A stretch of DNA of 64,000 bases from a virus (taxonomy: Duplodnaviria; Caudoviricetes): the IMG/VR virus record IMGVR_UViG_3300047160_004205, positions 1,686 to 65,685 of that record; one strand, written 5' to 3'. A program made the translations under genes and the position numbers. Shown in pieces: positions 19,168 to 28,874 of the stretch (the first letter of the stretch is position 1; every line of letters starts with the position of its first letter). The notes under the pieces are model-generated. The model saw nothing but the letters and a program-made list of their open reading frames with translations, searched no databases and was not told where the DNA came from.

Positions 19168-21431
19168 CCTCGATACTGCACGATTTCGTCCTGCAAGAGC
19201 AGAGATACTACCGCCCCATCGTTTGCCGTTGTCGTCACCGTCATCCCGGTAAGCACCCCCACCTGTCCCACCATCTGAGGCGGCATGATCGATGTCACCT
19301 CCGGGTCAGGGTTGGTAGTCCCGCTAAACGGGTACGGCCCGGCACGGCCAGTAATCCCGTTTTCGTTGTCCACATAGATATTGAACGTCAGATTGGCCGT
19401 GCCAAGGAACTGCGCCATGGCAAAGACTTCAACCGACGACTTGGTATGATCGTAGCCGTTCGGCGCGTCCCACAGCTTCGATTGCATGGTTTTGGTAAAC
19501 GCCGTCGAGGGAGTGGTGAACAGCGGATAAATGTGCGTCCCGTCCGTGCCCCACGGCTGGAACACTGAGTTGATCTCTTGCGCTTGGATAAATTGCAGCG
19601 TCACATCTTGTTCGGAGGACCACCAGAACTTTTCGTTGAACATGAAAATCTTGTTCCGAGTGGTTTTTAGAACCGGGTCCACAATCGGCACCAGAACCAT
19701 CCAACACAGCTTCCCGAAAATCAAAGCCTTGGCAGCGGAAAGCTGCATCCCATTGAACACCCCTGAAGCGGTATTGTAGACGCCATCCAAAGGCTCCGAC
19801 TTCTTCTGGAACGTACCTCCCGACGATACGTAAATCCCGTTTTGGTTTGCCAAGAAAATATCGGTGCCGAGCGTCGTGACGGAAGCCGGATACGGAGTGC
19901 CAATTTCCGGGTCAGAGTTGTTGTTGGTGTACGTTGTCGTTGTTACGCTTGCTGCGGTCGAGACTTGAACCCCGGAGATGTAGTTCATCGAGCTATCACC
20001 AACGAGGAACAAGAACCCGTTGGTCTGTATCAGCCGAGTATAGCCAACTCTCAGGAAACTGTCCGACGATTTGGTGGTTCCACCTCCATCTGAGGTAGCG
20101 AAATCCGTCACTGAACCGGGCGCAGTGAAATTGATAACAGCACCCTGCGCTATCCAAACTCTCCCGGCGTAAGTCTCGACGCAGTTACCTTGTATCCCAA
20201 AGGGCGCAAGGCTAACCGTGCCCGCAGCCGTAACCGCACTATCGTTCACGACAAGAGTAGGCGCGACATTGGTCCCGTAAATACCGCCGTTGACAATGTT
20301 AACCGAGTTCACAACGCCGGAAACGACGTTCGGCGTAATTGTTGCTTGCGTCTTTGGAGTGCCTCCGCCACTAACCGCAATACTACAGTTTGGTCCGTAT
20401 CCGGAGCCGCTAGGGGTGCCGGTAACGGAGGAGACAAAGAAATAACCATTGTCTGTAATCGTGCAGGACCTCGTACCGCCACTGCTGAACGCGCCGCTAT
20501 TAACAATCTTAACAGCAGTGATGACCCCACCAGTTACAGTCGGTTGCAAAACTGCCGACTGCGTACCTCCGGGCACAACAACTTGAACTTGACTGCTGTA
20601 ACCAGAACCGCCGTTATTTATGGTAATGCTGGTGACGTTGAAAACACCCGCCGCGCCATTAAAAGTTAAGTTTGCTGTTATGACGGCTCCGGTGCCGGTG
20701 CCGCTAAAGCTCATGTGAGCAGTCAAAGACGCACCCGAACCGGCTTGATTGCCTCCTGTAAACACCAGCGTCACGACATCGCCAGCGTGATACCCAGTTC
20801 CCGGATTCGTTATGAGGACATTGGAAACATTTCCCGAGCTATTGATTTGCGCCTGAAACATAGCCCCAGAGCCAAAGCCTCCCGTGGCAGTAACAATCGG
20901 CGGTGCCGTATAGCCGGACCCGACGTTCGTAAGTGTTACCAACGGCGCGAGACTGCCCCCGGTGTAAGTCAGAGAACCGTCCCAAATCCAATACCCGTTC
21001 GCCTGATTGGCGACGATAAGAAGATACTGACTGCCATACTGAGCGATCCCCATGTTGGTAATCGACGGCGCAAGGATGCTACCGGCAGGCAAAATTGTTG
21101 TTGTCGGTCCACTCGGTGTCTGCACCTGAACAACGGAACCGTCAGAAAGAAACACCACCGCGTAAGGCGTGGAACCGATGTTGTAAAAATAAAAACAAAC
21201 AACCGTTAACCCCCCGCCTGCCGTAAACAGCGCAGAACCTATGCCGGGAAGGATACGGAGGTTTCTGGGCGATAACGGGATAAACCCGTCGCACCAGTAC
21301 ATTTGCTGATCGGGGACGCCCGATCGAGTAGTGGTTGTATTGATGCCTAAGAAATTTTCACAGGCGAGCGGCGGCGGCGGACGCCGCGCATTACCAGTAT
21401 CTTGCTCGTCCCGCTGGTTTTGTGAGGGCAT
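19164..21431 (-). CDS. Tail/DNA-stabilisation protein (P22 gp10 / tubular protein B-like) with inserted NxGxGY repeats
   Basis: 755 aa beta-propeller-like; position after adaptors; TNVGSGY, TNPGTGY, NNGGSGY repeats. Confidence 0.65.
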   Translation of the reverse strand: MPSQNQRDEQDTGNARRPPPPLACENFLGINTTTTRSGVPDQQMYWCDGFIPLSPRNLRILPGIGSALFTAGGGLTVVCFYFYNIGSTPYAVVFLSDGSVVQVQTPSGPTTTILPAGSILAPSITNMGIAQYGSQYLLIVANQANGYWIWDGSLTYTGGSLAPLVTLTNVGSGYTAPPIVTATGGFGSGAMFQAQINSSGNVSNVLITNPGTGYHAGDVVTLVFTGGNQAGSGASLTAHMSFSGTGTGAVITANLTFNGAAGVFNVTSITINNGGSGYSSQVQVVVPGGTQSAVLQPTVTGGVITAVKIVNSGAFSSGGTRSCTITDNGYFFVSSVTGTPSGSGYGPNCSIAVSGGGTPKTQATITPNVVSGVVNSVNIVNGGIYGTNVAPTLVVNDSAVTAAGTVSLAPFGIQGNCVETYAGRVWIAQGAVINFTAPGSVTDFATSDGGGTTKSSDSFLRVGYTRLIQTNGFLFLVGDSSMNYISGVQVSTAASVTTTTYTNNNSDPEIGTPYPASVTTLGTDIFLANQNGIYVSSGGTFQKKSEPLDGVYNTASGVFNGMQLSAAKALIFGKLCWMVLVPIVDPVLKTTRNKIFMFNEKFWWSSEQDVTLQFIQAQEINSVFQPWGTDGTHIYPLFTTPSTAFTKTMQSKLWDAPNGYDHTKSSVEVFAMAQFLGTANLTFNIYVDNENGITGRAGPYPFSGTTNPDPEVTSIMPPQMVGQVGVLTGMTVTTTANDGAVVSLLLQDEIVQYRG

Positions 21432-21516
21432 CTGTCCTAAGCTACCGCTTGCGGTGCCTCACTATGCAAGGGGCTTAAATGGGAAAGGTTGCAAACTCCA
21501 GACCCAGCCGCGCCCA

Positions 21517-21966
21517 CTAGACATTCACGTACTTAACCGCTTCTGTCCACAGCCTGCCAAGCTTGCGCTGTATCATTTCGTTTGGAACATCAGAGTTCTG
21601 CGCTACCACAATCCGCTCGATGCCCATGCCAATAGCCCAGTGGTGGAAGCGATCATAGAAATCCGATGCTTCCTCGATGTGAGCATGGTTCTGCCGGTCC
21701 TCACACCAGACAAATCTTTCGTAAACCGACTTTGCCCCATTGAGATTGTCCACTTGCACGACCTCCGCCAAGGCTACTGAGTGATCCTGCGCCAGAAACA
21801 GACAATCGTTCCGGTCACACAATCCCCTAAGGAAGTTCGCCCAACCCCACTCGTTTCGATTCGGCCATTTAGTTACCAAACGAGGAAGAACCCAATGCGA
21901 GTGAGTGGAAAGTTCCGACGACAGAAACCGTCTGATTTCTTTTCGCTGCGCTACCATCAGAACCAT
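21517..21966 (-). CDS. GNAT-like head/tail assembly protein (likely start MVLMVAQ)
   Basis: Position between adaptor and tail protein; ...FHHWAIGMGIERIVV pattern; track ORF 5' part overlaps upstream gene. Confidence 0.45.
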   Translation of the reverse strand: MVLMVAQRKEIRRFLSSELSTHSHWVLPRLVTKWPNRNEWGWANFLRGLCDRNDCLFLAQDHSVALAEVVQVDNLNGAKSVYERFVWCEDRQNHAHIEEASDFYDRFHHWAIGMGIERIVVAQNSDVPNEMIQRKLGRLWTEAVKYVNV

Positions 21967-21983
21967 CCTATTGATTATATTGA

Positions 21984-22913
21984 CTAAAAGCGCCCATATG
22001 GATTGATCATCCGCCCTACGCGCGCATACTGCGACTTCCGCAGGCACATCTTGTCGAACAGATCGAGATAGAAATTGCCAGCGTTCATGTTCTGGATGCC
22101 GAGATAAGCCAAATGCGCTGCAAAATACGGAACAACGTCGTCCCATGGCGGCTGGATGATCTCCACACTCTGGTTATCGAGCAAGTCCTGAGGCAGGCAC
22201 TGGCAGTCCCACTCCAATTGATAAGTCTGGGACGGCAGCGGGTACATAAAGAACGAACCCAACGCGCCCTGGCCGAACTGTGAGCCAAAGGTAGGAACGT
22301 ATTGGTACTGGAACGGGTATTGGCGGACGAACGCCTGATAAATCGTGAAGGGATAAATCGGCACCGAGTACCGATAGTTCTGGTAAATAATCGTAACGCC
22401 CCTCACGGCATAAACCGAGTCTACGCCAGCAAACTCAGACAGATCGACATCGGCGAAATTATAAACCTCCTGCCCGCGATTGAGGGTGTTCACGAACTTC
22501 ACCGTGGGAACCGCGATCGCTCCAACCCCAGCCGGATCGGTGATCGTCATTACCGGCTGAAAATATCCCGCACCGCCGTAAATATTGTTGATGCTTTGAA
22601 TCTTCCCCCCGGCGACATTGGCCGTTGCCTGAGCCTGCGCGCCATTTGGCAAGGGAGGAGCGCCAGACGGAAAGTCCGGGGGCGTAATCACGCAAACCGG
22701 GGAGGTGTAGCCGTTGCCCGGATTGGTGACAGTCCATTGATAAATCTGCCCGCTTATCGTCGTAAGCACCCGGACGCACTGGGTTCTGGCCGCAACCTCC
22801 CTCCGGGCGCGATTGATGTACTCGATCAAGTCCTGAGGATTGAAAAGCTCCTGCTTCTCATCGCGGAGGAACCGTTGAGTCTGCTGGAGGTGATCGAACA
22901 GCGTCGAACTCAT
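21984..22913 (-). CDS. Head-tail adaptor paralogue 2 with NxGxGY insertion
   Basis: LIEYINRARREVAARTQCV...; C-terminus aligns with 22910..23671. Confidence 0.7.
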   Translation of the reverse strand: MSSTLFDHLQQTQRFLRDEKQELFNPQDLIEYINRARREVAARTQCVRVLTTISGQIYQWTVTNPGNGYTSPVCVITPPDFPSGAPPLPNGAQAQATANVAGGKIQSINNIYGGAGYFQPVMTITDPAGVGAIAVPTVKFVNTLNRGQEVYNFADVDLSEFAGVDSVYAVRGVTIIYQNYRYSVPIYPFTIYQAFVRQYPFQYQYVPTFGSQFGQGALGSFFMYPLPSQTYQLEWDCQCLPQDLLDNQSVEIIQPPWDDVVPYFAAHLAYLGIQNMNAGNFYLDLFDKMCLRKSQYARVGRMINPYGRF

Positions 22914-23671
22914 CCACCACCTCGCGGCTGTATCCCGATTTGGTTAGGCAAGGTGATATTCTGCTGTTGCTCAAACTGATACTTCAGCACATCGGGATTG
23001 GACGCCCTCCGCCCTCGTTCAACATACATTTGATAATAGGACAGATATCTCTCGGCATCCTGCATTCTCGCAGAGGTCTGCGCGGAGAGAAGCGCATACC
23101 AAGCCGCGCCAAAGGGCACGGCATCCGTCCAGATGTACGGGATCGCCTCCGCATCGCTGTCCAACGTCAACGCCTTTGGATAGCACAGGCACTCCAGCGA
23201 TAGTGTGTAGGTAAAGTCTGGGATCGGATCGAGGTAGAAACTCCCGCTTACAATCGTCCCCGCGCCCTCATTGGTAATCGTTCCAACACCAGCAGAGCCC
23301 TGCCGGTGCTGCGCCCAGATCACGGGGGCTCCGGGCACCGGAACCGGGTTGTTCAGGGCGTAAAGCTCAAACCACTCCCATGGCCGGGGGTAGATTTGCT
23401 TCTGGCCCTGTCCAACTAGGTATTGGATACGGCGAACCTGAAGCGCACCCTGCACGCTAGTGTCGGTAAAGGCGATCGTCGAGAAATCGTAGTTCCGTTG
23501 TCCAATGACAGTCGTGAGAGTGGCTGTGCGATGGATGCACTGGCCGTCAGAGGCAAGCTGCCCCCGCATTGTATTGATATACGAATTGAGATCGGCCGTC
23601 GCATAAAGTGACGTGGGAGCGCCTGGATTTTGCAGAAGCCGGGAAGTCTGCGTTTGATAATATTGTAACAA
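22910..23671 (-). CDS. Head-tail adaptor paralogue 1
   Basis: LNSYINTMRGQLASDGQCI...YLDPIPDFTYTL...IPYIWTDAVPFGAAWYA. Confidence 0.7.
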   Translation of the reverse strand: MLQYYQTQTSRLLQNPGAPTSLYATADLNSYINTMRGQLASDGQCIHRTATLTTVIGQRNYDFSTIAFTDTSVQGALQVRRIQYLVGQGQKQIYPRPWEWFELYALNNPVPVPGAPVIWAQHRQGSAGVGTITNEGAGTIVSGSFYLDPIPDFTYTLSLECLCYPKALTLDSDAEAIPYIWTDAVPFGAAWYALLSAQTSARMQDAERYLSYYQMYVERGRRASNPDVLKYQFEQQQNITLPNQIGIQPRGGG

Positions 23672-23696
23672 GGCACAGTCTCCTGCACCCTGTCTA

Positions 23697-23963
23697 TCAC
23701 ACTCGCAACAGGATTATGTTGCCCGGTGTGGACCGCTCCGCGTCAACCTTGTGATACCGCAGCGCCCCATCCGGGCCCTGACACAGTATCAAGTCTCCGT
23801 CTTGCATAATCCCTGACAAAGCGTTGAAGCTAGCCCCAATCCCGCCTGTGGTGGCGCTGGGAACCGCAATTCCCTCTAGACTTGAATCTGGGATTTTTAG
23901 GGACTTGGGCTGGAACGGATTATGCGAACCCGTTCCAGTGAGACTCTGAGAGTAAGTTGCCAT
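23697..23963 (-). CDS. Hypothetical protein
   Basis: 88 aa with GAGG RBS in late operon. Confidence 0.55.
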   Translation of the reverse strand: MATYSQSLTGTGSHNPFQPKSLKIPDSSLEGIAVPSATTGGIGASFNALSGIMQDGDLILCQGPDGALRYHKVDAERSTPGNIILLRV

Positions 23964-23971
23964 GCCTCACC

Positions 23972-25144
23972 TTACGGCGCAGCTTGGATTTGGACCCAAT
24001 CCGGCGTCGAGCCCATGGTCAACGTAATTGTGTTGCCCACCGGAGTGCCCGCCTGAGAACCCGCCGACTGGATCGCCGTGGGCGTGCCAAGGAACAGGCC
24101 GCCGTCGATGATGGTGGCAGTCTGCGCCGCGATCGTTCCCAAGCCCACGGTGTTCGCGCCAAGAGCCTGTAACGGACGCGGTATCCAATAGGTGTGGTTG
24201 AACTCCGGCGAGGTCGTGATCGTGCCGGTCGAGGGATTGCCGCCCACGGTGGTAATCAGAGCGCCCAACGTGCCCCAGCCGGTTCCCGTACCGGCCAAGG
24301 ATACCGTCGTAGTCGTCTGCATCATGAACGGCGCAATCGTGGCCTGAGAGCCAACCCCGCTCAATCCCAAGGTGATATTGGCCGGGTTGGCGATCGGCGC
24401 ACCGGAGTTGGTGCAGAGGATGGCGCAGATAGACCCGGAGCCGACGATGCTGAAGGTAATCGTGCCCGCCGTAATGCCCGTAGAAAGGTTCGGATCGAAC
24501 GGGGAGGGAACGACAACCGCTTTCGGGATGGTTGGATAACCAGCGCCCGGATTGGTGAAGCTGAAGCTCGAAATCGTGCCATTGGTGATGGACGCAAAAC
24601 CGTGCGCCTGGACGCCGCCAACACCGTTGGCGTTGTTCGACGCCGGGGGAGGCGGAGGGATGAACACGAGAGGTGCAACGCCATAGCCCGCACCAGCGTT
24701 CGCCGTAACGATCGTGGACGGGCTGGTGGTCAACTGCCCACCGACGATCGGGAGCCACGTAGAGCCGCCGCCGCCCGTTACCGTAATCGTCGTGGACGAC
24801 TGAACCCAACCGCTGCCGTACTGAACGACGGTGCCGCCGACCGGACAGCCGGTGAGATTGGCAACGCGGGCATTGAAGCCGTCAGATTTGACGAACGCCA
24901 TGCCGCGCTCGTAACTACCGCCCTGACCCAGAACCCAGGTGTTCGTCACCGGATCGAGGTGCTGGATGACGCAGTAGAAGCCCATCGTAACGTACCAGTC
25001 GCCCGCTGGCAGGACGATGCTTTCACCCGGAGCCAAACACTGCCGGTTAGAGGAGGCGTCATACGGCGCGTTACTGAGTTCCGATGGATAAAGGTTCTGC
25101 GGAAACGCAAGACCAATACCGGGGCCGGAAAGAGGTGCAGGCAT
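23972..25144 (-). CDS. Capsid decoration/structural protein with NxGxGY-like repeats
   Basis: 390 aa Thr/Gly-rich, immediately after capsid; ANAGAGY, TNPGAGY. Confidence 0.6.
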   Translation of the reverse strand: MPAPLSGPGIGLAFPQNLYPSELSNAPYDASSNRQCLAPGESIVLPAGDWYVTMGFYCVIQHLDPVTNTWVLGQGGSYERGMAFVKSDGFNARVANLTGCPVGGTVVQYGSGWVQSSTTITVTGGGGSTWLPIVGGQLTTSPSTIVTANAGAGYGVAPLVFIPPPPPASNNANGVGGVQAHGFASITNGTISSFSFTNPGAGYPTIPKAVVVPSPFDPNLSTGITAGTITFSIVGSGSICAILCTNSGAPIANPANITLGLSGVGSQATIAPFMMQTTTTVSLAGTGTGWGTLGALITTVGGNPSTGTITTSPEFNHTYWIPRPLQALGANTVGLGTIAAQTATIIDGGLFLGTPTAIQSAGSQAGTPVGNTITLTMGSTPDWVQIQAAP

Positions 25145-25156
25145 TTGTGTCTCCCG

Positions 25157-26209
25157 TTAGAACTGTGCGCCGCCGATAGTGCCCGTCGTCGTCGCGTTGG
25201 CGGAGGGCTTTCCGGTACAGACCTCGTATCCGACGACCGTAACGCCCTGTTGCCCAATTTGCCCGAGCGGAACGAGCGAGTAGAAGCCCGAGAAATCGAA
25301 CGCGGCGTCCTCCGACATATACATGGCCGTGTACTTGCAGTTGACTGCAAATATCTGACCCTTCGGACAGAAATGGTCGTTAAAGACCGGCACCCCAGAA
25401 ACCACAAGGTTCGGGAAGCTGGAACGAACCTGAGTGTCCATGTTGTAGGGATTGCCCACCACCGGGTTGATCTGCTCGATTCCGATGAAGGCGTTGTTCA
25501 GAGTGGCGTAATCGCCGGGAGCCATAACGACGAAGGTTGGCGCTTCGCCACCGGCCGCGTCCGTGACCTGAGCGATGAAGGTCGCCATGGTCGAACGGTT
25601 GAACCCGAGCGTGGATACGGTCGCCGTCGAGTAGGAGCCGGTCGCCATATTGATAAGCTGACCTTGGAACGCCGAGTTCCCTTGGGCGAGCCGATTGATG
25701 CCGCCGTAAGTCGGGAAATTGGTTCCGTTGTCGAAGGCGTTCAGGAAGCTATCCGGCTGAAGCGGATTCGCAGTGTTGTTGGTGTAGAGCAGGGTTGCCA
25801 TGTTCTGCCGAGTAATGGCGAACACGTCGTTCATCCGCGCCTTCAATAGAGAAATTTCCCGATCGGTGGCTTGGATGATGGTCTCACCAAATGGGAGGGG
25901 GACGGGGACCACCCAGTAGGCGAGGTTGAACTGAAGATTCTGTATCCCGGGTGTTATGACTGGCGAGTTGAACCCGCCGCCATAGCCTGTCCATTGCCCC
26001 TGCACCATGCTCTGCCCTTGGGCGGGGATGGTGATTTGGTTCAAGCCACCGGCTGCACGCTGGGCATTGCCAATCATGTAGTACAGCGACGGTGAGCCGA
26101 AATAGATTTGGACGAACAGCCGGGGGACAAACGCGCGCCGGTTGACCGCTGCCAACTCGTTGTAAAGGCCACCGGCCGGGGGTGCTACGCCAATACCGGG
26201 AAGAGGCAT
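25157..26209 (-). CDS. Major capsid protein (HK97 fold)
   Basis: 350 aa after scaffold; LFVQIYFGSP, YGGINR, GVPVFNDHFCPKG motifs; GGAG RBS. Confidence 0.85.
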   Translation of the reverse strand: MPLPGIGVAPPAGGLYNELAAVNRRAFVPRLFVQIYFGSPSLYYMIGNAQRAAGGLNQITIPAQGQSMVQGQWTGYGGGFNSPVITPGIQNLQFNLAYWVVPVPLPFGETIIQATDREISLLKARMNDVFAITRQNMATLLYTNNTANPLQPDSFLNAFDNGTNFPTYGGINRLAQGNSAFQGQLINMATGSYSTATVSTLGFNRSTMATFIAQVTDAAGGEAPTFVVMAPGDYATLNNAFIGIEQINPVVGNPYNMDTQVRSSFPNLVVSGVPVFNDHFCPKGQIFAVNCKYTAMYMSEDAAFDFSGFYSLVPLGQIGQQGVTVVGYEVCTGKPSANATTTGTIGGAQF

Positions 26210-26222
26210 AATTCAGTCTCCT

Positions 26223-26831
26223 TTAGCGCCGCCCGCTTGCTTGGGCTACTTGCTGACGAAATTCCGACAGCGCCTCGCGCGCCATGCGATCCGCCACCAT
26301 TTCGTTCGCACCCCGGGACTCGATGAGAGTCTTGATGCTCTCATCCGGCTTGTCTTTTGGTTGTTCAAGGAAGTTCCACGGCCCGGTTCCGGGCGTGGCT
26401 AGCGGTGCGGGCGGGTGGTCGAGTTCCCACAGCCTCATCGCATCCTTGTGGTCAGTGAGACCCTTCGGAATCATGATTTCGTCCTCGATTTTCTTGATTC
26501 CTTCCGGGGTATAGCCGTTGTCGAGCATCATCTTCTGCCCGGCTTCCCACTTGGTTTTCAGTAACCCCTTCGACCTTTCCTCTTGGTCTTTCGCCCTTTC
26601 ATCTTCGACTCCCTTTTTGTAGTCCTCAAACTCCTTGCGGAGAGCCATGAGGGGCTCATTTGCCGCTTTGTCGGCGTCTGCAAGGGGTGTGGAAACGGTG
26701 GGCTGCGCCGTCTTATGCGCTTGCTCCATCAATCGTGCTGCGGCCGGAACACTAGCGATATGCCGCAAAACCTTGTCGCGGTTTTGAAGCAAGTTCCACT
26801 GCTCCTCATCGACCTCAATGAGCTTCGGCAT
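26223..26831 (-). CDS. Capsid scaffolding protein
   Basis: 202 aa charged coiled-coil directly upstream of capsid gene. Confidence 0.7.
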   Translation of the reverse strand: MPKLIEVDEEQWNLLQNRDKVLRHIASVPAAARLMEQAHKTAQPTVSTPLADADKAANEPLMALRKEFEDYKKGVEDERAKDQEERSKGLLKTKWEAGQKMMLDNGYTPEGIKKIEDEIMIPKGLTDHKDAMRLWELDHPPAPLATPGTGPWNFLEQPKDKPDESIKTLIESRGANEMVADRMAREALSEFRQQVAQASGRR

Positions 26832-27023
26832 TTACTTGGCTCCCCCAATATTGCTACCCGCGTTCGGAACGTGCGACAGCGGGAGCTTCTCGGAAATGTG
26901 GGTTGCGGGGAGATGGCTCTTGCGCCCGCCGATGTCCGCCTGATCCAAGGCTACCCGAACGATCTGCTCATCGCTCTCCGGGATGGATTTGGCATTGTTC
27001 TGGAAGATGTTCAGATTGCTCAT
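26832..27023 (-). CDS. Small head-module protein
   Basis: 63 aa, coupled; resembles neighbour (N-x-NIF ... PNA). Confidence 0.5.
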   Translation of the reverse strand: MSNLNIFQNNAKSIPESDEQIVRVALDQADIGGRKSHLPATHISEKLPLSHVPNAGSNIGGAK

Positions 27024-27223
27024 TTTTTATCTCCTGTGAGCCCCAACCGCACATCCGCGTTCGGCGCGTTTCTTACGCCGTGCGGATACGGGTAGCCGAT
27101 CTCGTCATTGTTCCCAGTCTGGACGCGCTTGTTGACATCCTCCGGAACGGAAATAACTGGGACTTGCCCGACGTAGGCGGGATCGTTGTGATCCTTGACT
27201 TCAAAGATGTTGACGTTTTTCAC
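27020..27223 (-). CDS. Small head-module protein
   Basis: 67 aa, GTGA overlap with upstream gene. Confidence 0.55.
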   Translation of the reverse strand: MKNVNIFEVKDHNDPAYVGQVPVISVPEDVNKRVQTGNNDEIGYPYPHGVRNAPNADVRLGLTGDKK

Positions 27224-27624
27224 GCTGCCATCCCCGGTTGTTTGGCCCCGCCGCCTTGTTGGGCTTGCGCCCGCATCGCCTGCATGGCCTTGTTGTTCTG
27301 GGCGTTGTTCAGCATCGCGTTCTGAAGCGCATTGCGCTCGCCAGCGGGTGAGGTGGAACCGGCCGGGGAGAGCTTCGACAGCGACTTGAGAACGTCAGCA
27401 ATCTTCATGCCCATTTCGGATGCCGCGCCGACCATGGCGCTCGCCTCCTGAAGCTGCTGCACTGCGAGACCTATCTTCTGCAACGCCCCAGCTTGCGAGC
27501 CGCGATTAGATGTCGGCTGAGTCGCACTCGATTGCCCCATGGGCGCTTGCCCTTGAGGAGAAGGAGTCTGCCCCGGCCTTGCGGCGGGGGCAGCAGTTTG
27601 GGGTGTCACAGGTGAAACTGGCAT
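27220..27624 (-). CDS. Gln/Ala-rich head-module protein
   Basis: 134 aa low-complexity helical protein at start of capsid cluster. Confidence 0.6.
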   Translation of the reverse strand: MPVSPVTPQTAAPAARPGQTPSPQGQAPMGQSSATQPTSNRGSQAGALQKIGLAVQQLQEASAMVGAASEMGMKIADVLKSLSKLSPAGSTSPAGERNALQNAMLNNAQNNKAMQAMRAQAQQGGGAKQPGMAA

Positions 27625-27640
27625 TTCCCTAACTCAAGAG

Positions 27641-27677
27641 AACGGCGGGCCCAGCCATCGCGCATGGACCCGCCGTT
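27641..27677. terminator. GC-rich hairpin (terminator/processing site)
   Basis: aacggcggg ... cccgccgtt inverted repeat in intergenic region. Confidence 0.4.
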
Positions 27678-27873
27678 TATTCTCTAGCGCCGACGATGTT
27701 TGCGGCCGCGCCTGAAACGAAGCGTCTGCATCTTTCACTCCTTCACGCGGGCGAGTGAGCCGACCCGCTGGTTGAGTCACAACTCGCGGAGTATCCGCCA
27801 TGCCGTTGACAAAAACCATGAAAGGAACGTAAGTAACGTGCAGCACTTTACGGTAAAAAGCAGTTAGGCAACG

Positions 27874-28074
27874 ATGGCGGACAACGGGAACGCGGGAAGC
27901 GGTTTCTTGACGCTCAAAGAGGCCGCAAGCATTCTGCGGATTCATCCAGAAACTCTCCGCGATTATCTTCGCCGCAACAAAAAGAATCGCCCGCCGATAG
28001 TTCGTCCCGCAGCGAAGCGCAGGCTCTTCCCCAAAGACGAGTTCCTAGAGTGGGCCAAACAGCAACGAGGCTGA
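27874..28074 (+). CDS. Excisionase-like helix-turn-helix protein (HTH_17 type)
   Basis: FLTLKEAASILRIHPETLRDYL...RLFPKDEFLEW. Confidence 0.8.
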   Translation: MADNGNAGSGFLTLKEAASILRIHPETLRDYLRRNKKNRPPIVRPAAKRRLFPKDEFLEWAKQQRG

Positions 28075-28075
28075 A

Positions 28076-28450
28076 ATGTTCTCAATGACAATCGTGTTCG
28101 GGAGTTCGCCAGTAGCTTGGACCTTGCTGTTCAAGACCCAGGAGGCTTTCGATAGCGCGCGAACAAACTACAACTGCGCCACCCTGACCTCGTTCGACGG
28201 AAAGACTTTCGAGTGCCTTGACGACTATGGGCAGCACGCAATTATCGCCCGCTCCAGCATCCATGGCGTCATGTTTGAGGACTTGGAACAGTCGAAACTT
28301 GCTGGCGTCGAGCGTGGGCTGCACCAAACCCGCACCCAGATCATGGCAGAACAAGCGGGACGATCCGATCCGGCTATTGCCTCTTACATGCGGACTAGAC
28401 AGCAAGGCCCGGCAGTCATGACGCCATTTAACGGTGCTTTCCGCCAGTAA
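28076..28450 (+). CDS. Hypothetical protein
   Basis: 124 aa, 1 nt after HTH gene. Confidence 0.65.
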   Translation: MFSMTIVFGSSPVAWTLLFKTQEAFDSARTNYNCATLTSFDGKTFECLDDYGQHAIIARSSIHGVMFEDLEQSKLAGVERGLHQTRTQIMAEQAGRSDPAIASYMRTRQQGPAVMTPFNGAFRQ

Positions 28451-28871
28451 TAGAAAAATACCTCTGGGTATCTTTTTCCATAAAATCGTGCATCTTCTGA
28501 TAGCGCGCTTCCGCCTCCTCCCCTGTCGGATAGGACGGGAAAGTATCCAAACCCTCTTCCTTAGCGCGAGCAATCGCTTCATCGGCTGTTAATATTTTCC
28601 CCTCCCAAACAGTGGGGATTACATAATTCTTGCCCTCTATTTCCGTTGTAATCTGATAAAGAGTAGACCGGCTACCATCAGGATTAGTCACGCCACCGCT
28701 ACCATAAAGATTGTCCAAATGCCGATTGTATAAGGACATCTCCTGGGGTGAGAACTGCATCTCTCCGTGCGCCGCGTCACGATTACCGTAAAACCCCGCG
28801 CCAGCAAGCCCGCGCAGCATCCTGAAATTGTGGATTTGCTGCTGCTGTGCCTGATCCATGGCGGATGGCAT
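28428..28871 (-). CDS. Hypothetical protein ending TGGKHR like the portal
   Basis: 147 aa directly after portal stop. Confidence 0.65.
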   Translation of the reverse strand: MPSAMDQAQQQQIHNFRMLRGLAGAGFYGNRDAAHGEMQFSPQEMSLYNRHLDNLYGSGGVTNPDGSRSTLYQITTEIEGKNYVIPTVWEGKILTADEAIARAKEEGLDTFPSYPTGEEAEARYQKMHDFMEKDTQRYFSITGGKHR

Positions 28872-28874
28872 AAA

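Noticed and set aside
23967-24809. 280-aa alternative-frame ORF inside the decoration gene
   Set aside because: Frame-shifted reading of a GC-biased gene; no RBS or slippery site noticed
24194-25849. 551-aa plus-strand ORF
   Set aside because: Antisense shadow of the capsid and decoration genes; Arg-rich with no motifs
27874-28074. Evidence of an integration/excision module
   Set aside because: Excisionase-like HTH has no integrase or att core nearby, so lifestyle cannot be assigned from the window
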